Assembly (NCBI GenBank): GCA_027460535.1 | Contig: JAPZAR010000010.1 | Span: forward strand, 1 to 32,000 | DNA from: Candidatus Methanoperedens sp. | Lineage (GTDB): Archaea; Halobacteriota; Methanosarcinia; Methanosarcinales; Methanoperedenaceae | Direction of reading: 5' to 3' | Length of the DNA stretch: 32,000 bases | Shown: piece after piece, positions 17,283 through 24,491 of the stretch | How positions within the stretch are numbered: position 1 is the stretch's first letter | Layout of the letters: each line of letters starts with the position of its first letter | Program-made: the position numbers and the translations under genes | The notes under the pieces: model-generated | Told to the model about the DNA's origin: nothing | Databases searched by the model: none | The model's input: the letters and a program-made list of their open reading frames with translations, nothing else

Positions 17283-17377
17283 ATAGAGTGGGTTAATTCT
17301 TAGAAGATAGCTATATAAATAACGGATAGATTTTCTAATGAATATAATACCTGTTGAAGTATGAAATTGCTGTGTGT

Positions 17378-18223
17378 TTAAATGTTGATCTCGATACCGT
17401 ACACCTTTTCAGGATTCTCTTTATGGATCTTCCAGAACGGCTCCTCACCCCATTCCGGAATGAGCTGTTTTGTCCTTTTCGGGACGGTCTTTGGCCCGAG
17501 AACCGAGCCCGGCCTTTTCAGGTCGTCTATGTAATCCGTTTCCATCATAAAACGCGTACCTTCGGAAAGGGCTTTTTCTATGGCATCTTCACCAGCCAGC
17601 ACGCTTGGAAAAATACCATATTTCTCGCATGTTCTTACCATTGCAGGCGCGAAATGCTTCACTACCTTCTCAGGCGCCAATCCGGCATCTCTAGCTATTC
17701 TCACTATTTCCCCCAATCCTTCCTCAGTGGCGCTCTCGGTATGCAGCTGCACCGCGCAGCCAGCATCCTTTGCCAATTCAAAGCTGTGGCGCATGATTTC
17801 ATTCGAGGCTTCCCAGAGCTTTGGTTCCACTTCATAATGAGGTCGCCCGGATTTCAAACCAATGGCAAGACCTTTATCCACATATTCGCGCGCCACTTCA
17901 AGCCCGCCTTTCATTACCTCCACAGAGCGCTCAAATCCCAGCCGCCCATAGTATTTGGTAAGCTCAGCGGGGTGAACGCCCAGAACAACGAACACCTTCA
18001 CTTTTTCTGCTTCCTCGGCGCGCCGCGCTATTTTGCGGACTTTGTCAAACACCTGCCTGTAATCTTCGGGCGCGTTTATCTCGATGCCCAGCGACCAGGG
18101 CGGAAGCGATACAAGGACGATATGCGTACCCCCGGCGCGCGCGAATTCGCGGACTGCGTCGAGGCAGCGCCCGGAGGGGTTTAGGTGCATGTGGTTGTCC
18201 AGGATGGGGAGGGTGGGGGTCAT
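17378..18223 (-). CDS. TatD-related metal-dependent hydrolase (archaeal TatD family)
   Basis: The 281-aa product has an N-terminal ILDNHMHL metal-binding motif, further His/Glu/Asp ligands (GVHP, QLHTE, METDY) and a TIM-barrel-like pattern. Confidence 0.75.
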   Translation of the reverse strand: MTPTLPILDNHMHLNPSGRCLDAVREFARAGGTHIVLVSLPPWSLGIEINAPEDYRQVFDKVRKIARRAEEAEKVKVFVVLGVHPAELTKYYGRLGFERSVEVMKGGLEVAREYVDKGLAIGLKSGRPHYEVEPKLWEASNEIMRHSFELAKDAGCAVQLHTESATEEGLGEIVRIARDAGLAPEKVVKHFAPAMVRTCEKYGIFPSVLAGEDAIEKALSEGTRFMMETDYIDDLKRPGSVLGPKTVPKRTKQLIPEWGEEPFWKIHKENPEKVYGIEINI

Positions 18224-18227
18224 GAGA

Positions 18228-19529
18228 TTAAGGCTCTATCTTTAATCCTTTAGCTTGACTCCATTTTGCTTCCATAGCCGAACTCTTAGCTTCTCTATAT
18301 TCACTTTTTTCGACTTCAATTCCGCTCGGGCCGAATTTAAACGTTTTGAACTGGTGATATAAGAGAATAAGGATCAGCAGGGCGATTAAAACGGTTGATT
18401 GAGCGGCGAATACCACATCAGAAAACTTAGTAGTAGTCAAAAATAAATAAAAAGATATAATTAGATATAACAATACTACTGTTGCAAAGAAAATCTGGAT
18501 TTTGGAGATTTCTTGCCCAGAGATTTTCGTTGCGCTATCAAATTTCTCAAGCTCCCGAAGATTGCGCCTTGCCTTCATATTCATTGGATTAAAATCAATC
18601 GCCATTTTGAATTCTTTCTTAGCTTTTTCATATTGTTTTAATTTCACGTATACATAGCCGAGTTTATTATGATTTTCTGAGATTGAAGCATTCTCAATAG
18701 AAGCCGAATTTTTTAATGCCTCATGATATTCCTTCTCCGCCATTTCAAAATATTTCTCATCTGAAAGTATATCTCCCAGAATTATATGTGCGTGGAAGTT
18801 TGTTGGTTCAATTTTAAGTGAGGTTCTTACCTCATTCTCAGCTTCAATAAACAATTTTTTTTCCCTCAAAAAAATTGCATAGTTATTGTGTGCCCACAAA
18901 TACTTGGGGTTTAATTCTATTACTCTTTTAAAGTATTCTTCAGCTTCGTTTTTCCTGCCGAGTTTTTTGAGTAAGAGTGCATAATTGTTTTGCGCTCGTA
19001 TATATTTTGGATCTAATTCTATTGCTTTTTTGTAGTGTTGTATTGCTTCAGCTTTCTTACCAAGTTCTACGAGCAGGAGTGCATAATTATTATGAAAATC
19101 TACATCTTTCGGGTTTAATTTTATTGCTTTTTCATAATGTTCTTCAGCTTCAATTTTCCTGCCCAAGTCTTCAAGTAAGTTAGCATAATTGTAATGCGCG
19201 TCAGCATCTTTAGGGTCTATTTGTATCGCTTTTTTATAGTAATCTTCAGATTCTTTGAATTTTCCAATATAATTCGCTGCAATACCTGCATTAGAATACG
19301 CTCTTGCTTTGTTTTCTCCTTCCAGACCAAGTGCCGCCGCAAGTGTTATTATATATTCAGACTCATACTTCTCATCACGGCCGATCTTGACAGATAAATC
19401 TAGTAAATCCTCCGCCCCTATTCCCATCTCCCTCGCCACCCGCGCCGCCTCCTCCACGCACGCCTCAAGCTCGCCGCGCTCGATGCAGGGCGCGAGTTTT
19501 TTCAGGAATTCCTCAGCTTTGTTATCCAT
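18228..19529 (-). CDS. TPR repeat protein with C-terminal transmembrane helices
   Basis: There are about 8 TPR units (A..NYA.LL..LG...EAE..Y.KAIELNPK). Two hydrophobic helices follow (IFFATVVLLYLIISFYLFL and AAQSTVLIALLILILLY). The first 105 nt or so are far more GC-rich than the rest of the gene. Confidence 0.8.
   Translation of the reverse strand: MDNKAEEFLKKLAPCIERGELEACVEEAARVAREMGIGAEDLLDLSVKIGRDEKYESEYIITLAAALGLEGENKARAYSNAGIAANYIGKFKESEDYYKKAIQIDPKDADAHYNYANLLEDLGRKIEAEEHYEKAIKLNPKDVDFHNNYALLLVELGKKAEAIQHYKKAIELDPKYIRAQNNYALLLKKLGRKNEAEEYFKRVIELNPKYLWAHNNYAIFLREKKLFIEAENEVRTSLKIEPTNFHAHIILGDILSDEKYFEMAEKEYHEALKNSASIENASISENHNKLGYVYVKLKQYEKAKKEFKMAIDFNPMNMKARRNLRELEKFDSATKISGQEISKIQIFFATVVLLYLIISFYLFLTTTKFSDVVFAAQSTVLIALLILILLYHQFKTFKFGPSGIEVEKSEYREAKSSAMEAKWSQAKGLKIEP
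19423..19529. repeat. Direct repeat copy A (5' end of the TPR gene), partner of 20289-20401
   Basis: Alignment by eye shows a 54-nt perfectly identical core (19440-19493 = 20306-20359). Flanks are near-identical up to and just past the start codon (CATAAT on the + strand in both copies). Confidence 0.85.
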
Positions 19530-19543
19530 AATCGTTAAGCCAT

Positions 19544-20023
19544 CTAATACTTTTCATTCTGTTCAAAATCGAATAAGGATTTAGCCTTCAATAGCCCTAC
19601 GACCTCCTCCGTAGTATAAGCATCCGCAACACCCTGCTGTTTGAAATGCTTATCGTTCGACCATACCGCGCAATTTAACTGCAATGCCAGAGCCAGAAAA
19701 GGAGTATCTTTTTCATCTATGCTTTTCATTACTTCATAGGCGTAATTCATTCTATTGGAATATAATTCAGCAGGTATTACATGAACAGATTCGAGTATAA
19801 ACTTCAAAGCGTACTCAAAGCTTTGTCTTTGTAAAATTTTCTTTCTTTTAGGATAAATATGTTTTTTATAATATTCTAATTCTTTTAATCCATCTTCAGG
19901 ATAATATACGTCCAAAAATTCGGATTTCAATAATTTTGCCGTAAAGGTTTTGTCTTTTAGCAGAGCCGACAATAAAATATTGGTATCAACTACAAGCCGT
20001 ATTTTTTCTTTGTTTCTTTCCAT
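19544..20023 (-). CDS. PIN-domain toxin (VapC-like ribonuclease)
   Basis: The 159-aa product has the acidic PIN residues in the usual context: LVVDTNILLSAL, DEKDTPFLALAL and VWSNDKHF. Confidence 0.8.
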   Translation of the reverse strand: MERNKEKIRLVVDTNILLSALLKDKTFTAKLLKSEFLDVYYPEDGLKELEYYKKHIYPKRKKILQRQSFEYALKFILESVHVIPAELYSNRMNYAYEVMKSIDEKDTPFLALALQLNCAVWSNDKHFKQQGVADAYTTEEVVGLLKAKSLFDFEQNEKY

Positions 20024-20199
20024 GCATCTTCTCTTGCTATTTCCAGTTCTTCCATATCTTTCTCACTCAATGAAAGCTCTTCTATGCATTTCTCAAACAA
20101 AACCCATTTTATTTCCTCCTCTTTTACCAGCTCATCGATCTTTCTTTTTAGATTGGATACTGGAATTTCTTTCGGAACTTGTATGATTATTTCGCTCAT
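19990..20199 (-). CDS. Putative cognate antitoxin of the PIN toxin
   Basis: The 69-aa acidic, helical protein lies immediately upstream of the PIN gene and overlaps it by 34 nt. A TTTATATA box sits in the roughly 60 nt upstream (minus strand). The family was not recognised. Confidence 0.5.
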   Translation of the reverse strand: MSEIIIQVPKEIPVSNLKRKIDELVKEEEIKWVLFEKCIEELSLSEKDMEELEIAREDAWKETKKKYGL

Positions 20200-20263
20200 C
20201 TTAATTACCTGATGTTCTTACAGTGTTATATAAACTTGGAAGATGAGATAAACATTCTAACAT

Positions 20264-20401
20264 TCATCCCAAACCATCAGTTTCTCCCCCCATCTCCCCC
20301 GCCAGCCGCGCCGCCTCCTCCACGCACGCCTCAAGCTCGCCGCGCTCGATGCAGGGCGCAAGTTTCAACAGGAATTCCTCGGTTTTGTTATTTTCAGGCA
20401 T
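20264..20401 (-). pseudogene. Truncated duplicate of the N-terminus of the 18228-19529 TPR gene (45-codon remnant ORF)
   Basis: The manual minus-strand translation is MPENNKTEEFLLKLAPCIERGELEACVEEAARLAGEMGGETDGLG*. The full gene starts MDNKAEEFLKKLAPCIERGELEACVEEAARVAREMGIGAEDL. Similarity stops at about codon 37. Confidence 0.6.
20289..20401. repeat. Direct repeat copy B, partner of 19423-19529
   Basis: The same 54-nt identical core is present, with near-identical flanks. Together the two copies bracket the PIN/antitoxin cassette. Confidence 0.85.
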
Positions 20402-20635
20402 AATTTTTAAATTCGTTTTTGTTCTGATTTATTATCCAAAAATTTAAACAGTATTTTTTATAATCTTGTTCGAAGAAAGTTTTGGATTTTGTGCGTGCCA
20501 TGTTACAATTTTAGTTTTTATTTTTTCCAAAGCTCTTTTTTAATCCTTTCCAGATTTTTCAAGTCCCGCTCTCTAATATCTAATTTTTCTTTTGTCTCTT
20601 CGATAATCTCACGTTTTTTCTGATTTTTGATATTT

Positions 20636-20995
20636 TTATCCAATGGCTGCACCATCCTTTGCAGAGTAGAGTAATTTACCTTTAAGAATTTCATTCACGA
20701 ATGGATTCCCTTTTCTTCTTATCTCTTAAAATTCTTGTTCCGTATAGCACAGCGGTTCTATCGGCAGCTCTGTCATTTCAAGAATTTTATCAGTGCGGTC
20801 TAAAAAGCGTTCTCTGAAATCACCTATGATAGCAAGGTCGATATCGCTCCCTTTATTAAAGTCATTGCGCGCCACTGAACCGAACATATAGACCTTTTTA
20901 ATATCGATATTAGAAGCAAGTTTCTCAACAAACCCATCTATCTTGCCAAGAAGTTCCTTACTTCTACTAATATCGATTCTGCATATTTTATGCAT
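20636..20995 (-). pseudogene. Minimal nucleotidyltransferase (MNT, HEPN-MNT antitoxin type) interrupted by an in-frame TAA
   Basis: The MNT signature is FGSVARNDFNKGSDIDLAII. The ORF stops at TAA 20726-20728 after ...CYTEQEF. The same frame continues EIRRKGNPFVNEILKGKLLYSAKDGAAIG* to 20636, which is the normal MNT C-terminus. Confidence 0.7.
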
Positions 20996-21122
20996 TTGTC
21001 CGCATCCTCTCTCGTATAGTATTCATAGGCGAGCCTGATGGAAGCGCATCCGGGTAGCGTGGGGGGATATAATGGTTGTCAAGCTCCCAGCCAGCTTCGC
21101 TATTTAAGAAAGAAAATAAGGC
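20938..21122 (-). pseudogene. HEPN-domain remnant (C-terminal half only, one frameshift)
   Basis: The minus-strand translation starts right after the tbp stop: ALFSFLNSEAGWELDNHYIPPRYPDALPSGSP. A 1-nt frame slip occurs near 21028. The sequence then reads YEYYTREDADKCIKYAESILVEVRNFLAR*, matching the usual HEPN C-terminal pattern (YIP.RYPDALP....Y..E.A...I..A..I...V). There is no start codon and the N-terminal half is missing. Confidence 0.6.
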
Positions 21123-21695
21123 CTACAGCAGCCCCAGCCCATCAAGCTCTTCCACGATCTTCTCCACAGCGGCAACGGCATCCTCGGGTTTCTTACCTCC
21201 TGTGACCACGAGTTTTCCGGAACCGAAGAGCAGCATGACAACCTTGGGATTTGATAACCTGTACACGAGACCCGGGAACTGCTCAGGCTCATATTCTATA
21301 TTCTCAAGCCCAAGACCAATGGCGATGGCATTCAGGTTAAGCACTGTCCCGAGGTCTGCAGATGCCACGATATTCTGTATCGTGATCTCTGGCTTCTTCG
21401 GGATGGAAACTCCCATAGCTTTTAATTTTTCAAAAACCTTTGTGAGCCCGCTGCTCACGTCCTCGATGCTCTTGGCCCCGGTACATACGATTTTCCCGCT
21501 TCCGAAAATGAGAGCTGCAGTTTTTGGGGAAGCGGTCCTGTAAACCACTCCGGGGAACCGTTCTTTATTATAATCCGCCCCTTCAAGAATCCTGATGACT
21601 TCATTAAGGTCAAGTTTTGCCCCTATACCCGTTGATGCAACTACATTCTCAATCTTTATCGTTTTTATTGGTTCTGTTGATTTTGACATAAACAC
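21123..21695 (-). CDS. tbp: TATA-box binding protein
   Basis: There are two TBP repeats: IENVVAS..IG..LDL......L....YN.E.FPG.VYR...PK.A.LIF.SGK.V.TGAK, and a second copy [15 protein letters not shown]....GL...[28 protein letters not shown]. Confidence 0.95.
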   Translation of the reverse strand: MFMSKSTEPIKTIKIENVVASTGIGAKLDLNEVIRILEGADYNKERFPGVVYRTASPKTAALIFGSGKIVCTGAKSIEDVSSGLTKVFEKLKAMGVSIPKKPEITIQNIVASADLGTVLNLNAIAIGLGLENIEYEPEQFPGLVYRLSNPKVVMLLFGSGKLVVTGGKKPEDAVAAVEKIVEELDGLGLL

Positions 21696-21869
21696 CAGTA
21701 TATAAAGGGTATTTAAAGCTTTAAATAGATTGGGGTAAAAAATCCGGATGGTTCGTGGTATCAGGAATCTTTAACTACAATGAGACCAGTTATGGCACCC
21801 AAGCGGCGGGATAAGATCCCGCAGGGATGTGGCCCTATTGGGCTGAACCGTAAAACAAAGGTGACTACA

Positions 21870-22457
21870 ATGAAATCAATGTATGCGTACATAAGAGACG
21901 CGTGGAAAAAACCGGAGGAGTCCTACGTTGATGAACTCCTTTGGGAAAGAAGGCAGGAATGGAGACGAGAGCCCACAGTGACAAGAGTGGAACACCCTAC
22001 AAGGCTTGACAGGGCAAGGGCCCTGGGCTACAAGGCAAAACAGGGGATAGTCGTCGCACGTGTGAAAGTAAGAAGGGGCGGAAGGCGCAAGTCAAGATAT
22101 GTGCGTGGGCGAAGAACAAAACACATGGGCGTGAACAAAATAACACCTGGAAAGAGCATCCAGAGCATAGCTGAAGAGCGCGTTGCAAGAAGATTTCCGA
22201 ATTTGCAGGTTTTGAATAGCTACTGGGTTGGCCAGGACGGCAAGCATAAGTGGTACGAGACCATACTTGTGGATACAAGCCATCCCGTAATTAAAAGCGA
22301 CAAGAACCTGAAATGGATAACGAATAATACCCAGAAAGGCCGTGTTTTCAGGGGAAAGACAAGTGCGGGCAGGAAAGGCAGAGGTCAGAGCACAAAAGGC
22401 AGAGGAACTGAAAAGACGAGACCGAGCTTAAGTTCGCACCAGAACAAAGGCAAATGA
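21870..22457 (+). CDS. rpl15e: 50S ribosomal protein L15e
   Basis: [16 protein letters not shown]...[30 protein letters not shown]...[14 protein letters not shown] is a typical L15e sequence. ATG at 21870, after GGTGA, gives the expected 195 aa or so. The track start at 21780 adds 30 unlikely residues. Confidence 0.95.
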   Translation: MKSMYAYIRDAWKKPEESYVDELLWERRQEWRREPTVTRVEHPTRLDRARALGYKAKQGIVVARVKVRRGGRRKSRYVRGRRTKHMGVNKITPGKSIQSIAEERVARRFPNLQVLNSYWVGQDGKHKWYETILVDTSHPVIKSDKNLKWITNNTQKGRVFRGKTSAGRKGRGQSTKGRGTEKTRPSLSSHQNKGK

Positions 22458-22465
22458 TAGAGTGA

Positions 22466-22885
22466 ATGGATATAAATAATATCACACTTCGAGCAATTGT
22501 TCAGGCAACAGAAAGTGAAGACAGGGTATGTACTGCTCTGTCGCTTTTTCTTTTTGACAGCGAGATAGAAAGGATTAGAACGGAAGGGCATTTCGGGAAT
22601 CCGATCACCATCCTCCAAGCGCGCATAACAGGAAAAAAATGCAGCCAATTTATTGAACTTCTAAAATCAAAGCTGCCAGAAAGTGATTTAGAAAAATTGA
22701 AAAATGAACGCTGTGAAAGGATAGACGAGGATTGTTGCTTTCATATCAGATTTCATAAACAGGCTGCATATAATGGGAAAGTACAATTGGCTACAACAAC
22801 AGATACTATAGCGGCTGAGATCAAGATCAAGGTGTATCCTGCTAAACGGGAGAAAGCCCTGGCTGTTTCCGAAACGATTTTTTAG
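22466..22885 (+). CDS. Predicted RNA-binding protein of the DUF54/PF01877-like family, which commonly neighbours rpl15e in archaea
   Basis: The 139-aa product starts 8 nt after rpl15e. Its N-terminal pattern is I.LRAIV.ATESEDRV.TAL..F. The call rests on recalled gene context and pattern only. Confidence 0.55.
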   Translation: MDINNITLRAIVQATESEDRVCTALSLFLFDSEIERIRTEGHFGNPITILQARITGKKCSQFIELLKSKLPESDLEKLKNERCERIDEDCCFHIRFHKQAAYNGKVQLATTTDTIAAEIKIKVYPAKREKALAVSETIF

Positions 22886-22945
22886 CAAAGCATTTGCTTT
22901 GTTTCACGGCGTTCTGGAACAAAACATTTATCCTTTTCAGATACA

Positions 22946-22990
22946 TTAACGGGGATACCCCATCGTTAAACCCCGTATTTAAATACGGGG
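22946..22990 (+). other. Two adjacent GC-clamped hairpins/palindromes between the DUF54-like gene and tRNA-His
   Basis: The first is TTAAC-GGGG-ATA-CCCC-AT-CGTTAA (22946-22969). The second is a perfect 20-bp palindrome CCCCGTATTTAAATACGGGG (22971-22990). Confidence 0.6.
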
Positions 22991-22999
22991 ATTCAAGGT

Positions 23000-23075
23000 G
23001 CCTGGGTGGGGTAGCTGGTCATCCTATGGGACTGTGGATCCTACGACTCGGGTTCGAATCCCGACCCGGGCCCCA
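23000..23075 (+). tRNA. tRNA-His (anticodon GUG) with genomically encoded CCA
   Basis: The acceptor stem is GCCTGGG/CCCGGGC with one U-G pair. The anticodon stem is TGGGA/TCCTA with loop CTGTGGA. The T arm is TCGGG-TTCGAAT-CCCGA. The discriminator is C at 23072, followed by CCA at 23073-23075. Position -1 (22999) is T, not G. Confidence 0.9.
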
Positions 23076-23166
23076 TTTCAATACTTTATGAAATGCTGTT
23101 GATAATCGTATTGTAAATTCGATATATTTATATATTAAAAAAAAGGATTTAATTTCGAGGGTATCT

Positions 23167-23871
23167 ATGGAAGACAAATGTCCGAAATGCGGTAATACTT
23201 TAATAACGAAGACGATCACTAAAGAACTGGCCCTCGGCAGTATTGACTATCCTGTTGCACAAATATGTCCGAATTGCAATTGGACCAGGGATTTGACCGG
23301 GGCAAGCGATATAATCTATAAACCGTCCCCGATGGAGAAAAGTGAAATAAGAAAGGTGGAGGAAAAACCGAAAGCTATTAAGCCTCCAAAAGCGCAGCCA
23401 AAGCCCGGGCCTTCTTTTGAAATTAATAAAATAGTGATAATAGCTCTGGCAATAATTGTTCTTGCAGGGATGGTATGGGCGTTTTACCCGCCATCGCAGA
23501 AACAGGTGCCAATACCCCCAACACCCACTCCAACGCCAACAATTACAGCAACACCCTCGTCTGTTATCAGTACGCCTGTCCCTGAAATTACACAAACGGG
23601 TAATACATCAACTGGTAAGTCGGCTTTGGTGAAATTGAATTATTACAGGGGCTTCATGCCGGTTACCCAGACAATCAAGCCAGGTGATGAAATCCTCTGG
23701 GAGAATTATGAAGTAGAAACTCTAACCCTGGTGAGCAGTGAAGGTCTCTTTGATCCCTGGACATTGCCATACGGCAAACGCGCAACATATATATTCAAAA
23801 AGACAGGAACATATATGTTTTATCTTAAAGAAAATAAAAACCTGAACGGGACCATTGTTGTAGAACCTTAA
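23167..23871 (+). CDS. Membrane-anchored protein: N-terminal zinc ribbon, one TM helix, Pro/Thr linker, and a C-terminal cupredoxin-like domain lacking copper ligands
   Basis: The zinc ribbon is CPKCGN...CPNC. The TM helix is IVIIALAIIVLAGMVWAFY. The linker is PIPPTPTPTPTITATP. The C-terminus TIKPGDEILWEN....TLVS...GTYMFYLKENKNLNGTIVVE parallels the amicyanin-type ...H...GTY.Y.C.PH..M.G.VVVE, with Cys, His and Met replaced by Leu, Asn and Leu. Confidence 0.6.
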   Translation: MEDKCPKCGNTLITKTITKELALGSIDYPVAQICPNCNWTRDLTGASDIIYKPSPMEKSEIRKVEEKPKAIKPPKAQPKPGPSFEINKIVIIALAIIVLAGMVWAFYPPSQKQVPIPPTPTPTPTITATPSSVISTPVPEITQTGNTSTGKSALVKLNYYRGFMPVTQTIKPGDEILWENYEVETLTLVSSEGLFDPWTLPYGKRATYIFKKTGTYMFYLKENKNLNGTIVVEP

Positions 23872-24188
23872 ACCATGGTCCAATCAAGCTGAAGACCATC
23901 CAGGGTCATAAGTATTATTTTTTGGGTGATGCCCGGAAGTTCGTAGGGCGTATCTTCATAGCCTATATACAATTCATCTCCCTGGTTGATCTCTGGTGGC
24001 GGGTTGATAACCTTCCCAAAGAAATATTTCTTATTTGTCTTGATATCCACGACCACGACATTTCGCCATGCTTTGGCCTGCGCGACACGGACCACAGTGC
24101 ATTTCCTTTTGATTTTTTTCAATTTCTTTTTGATTCCGCCGATTTCTGTTTCGGTCATCTGGACAACATCAACATCTTTATCGTTCAT
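23868..24188 (-). CDS. Hypothetical protein (106 aa), family not recognised
   Basis: The ORF has protein-like composition, whereas the overlapping + strand ORFs are Phe-rich antisense artefacts. Its stop codon overlaps the stop of 23167-23871 within TTAA. It is divergent from the HTH gene at 24258. Confidence 0.45.
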   Translation of the reverse strand: MNDKDVDVVQMTETEIGGIKKKLKKIKRKCTVVRVAQAKAWRNVVVVDIKTNKKYFFGKVINPPPEINQGDELYIGYEDTPYELPGITQKIILMTLDGLQLDWTMV

Positions 24189-24257
24189 TTTTAATCCACC
24201 GTAAGATACCTTGATATACCCGTTTCATGTATTAAAGTTACTATTGAGGTGATCAAT

Positions 24258-24476
24258 ATGGGACTTCCACCAACAAAACGACATTTGATAGAATTACTCC
24301 ATAAATTTAAACTTACTTATGAACAGGTAGGCAAATACTCCGGGATTCCGACAGAAAGAATCAAAGCAATCAAGAAAGGTGAAGAACCTACCCCCGAAGA
24401 ATGTATTAAAATAAAAGAAGTCGCATATTCTCTTTCCCAGCTTCTCCAGAAAGACACTGGCGAAACAATGGATTAA
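24258..24476 (+). CDS. Small helix-turn-helix (XRE-like) DNA-binding protein
   Basis: LTYEQVGKYSGIPTERIKAIKKGE fits the HTH_XRE pattern. ATG at 24258 lies 5 nt after GAGGTGA. The track start GTG at 24249 lies inside that Shine-Dalgarno sequence. Confidence 0.55.
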   Translation: MGLPPTKRHLIELLHKFKLTYEQVGKYSGIPTERIKAIKKGEEPTPEECIKIKEVAYSLSQLLQKDTGETMD

Positions 24477-24491
24477 TTCGTAGTGCAGGGT

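Noticed and set aside
17354-18184. A 276-aa ORF on the + strand
   Set aside because: It is entirely antisense to the well-supported TatD-family gene. Its translation is low-complexity and rich in Phe, Arg and His with no motifs. It is a typical shadow ORF in a locally GC-rich region.
20179-20403. A 74-aa ORF on the + strand with a proline-rich tract (PPSPPPAAPPPPRTP)
   Set aside because: It is the antisense reading of the GC-rich direct repeat. The minus-strand reading matches the N-terminus of the neighbouring TPR protein, so that is the meaningful frame.
20518-20694. A 58-aa Lys/Glu-rich ORF on the - strand, downstream of the MNT stop
   Set aside because: It overlaps, in another frame, the readable C-terminal continuation of the MNT pseudogene. 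It has no HEPN Rx4-6H motif and is probably fortuitous in AT-rich sequence.
21076-21543. A 155-aa Ser/Pro-rich ORF on the + strand
   Set aside because: It is antisense to tbp and is a shadow ORF.
22971-22990. The TTTAAATA inside the 20-bp palindrome as the tRNA-His TATA box
   Set aside because: Its centre is only about 19 nt from the mature 5' end of the tRNA. That is too close for the usual archaeal TATA-to-start distance of about 25-27 nt plus a leader. I kept the palindrome as a structural element only.
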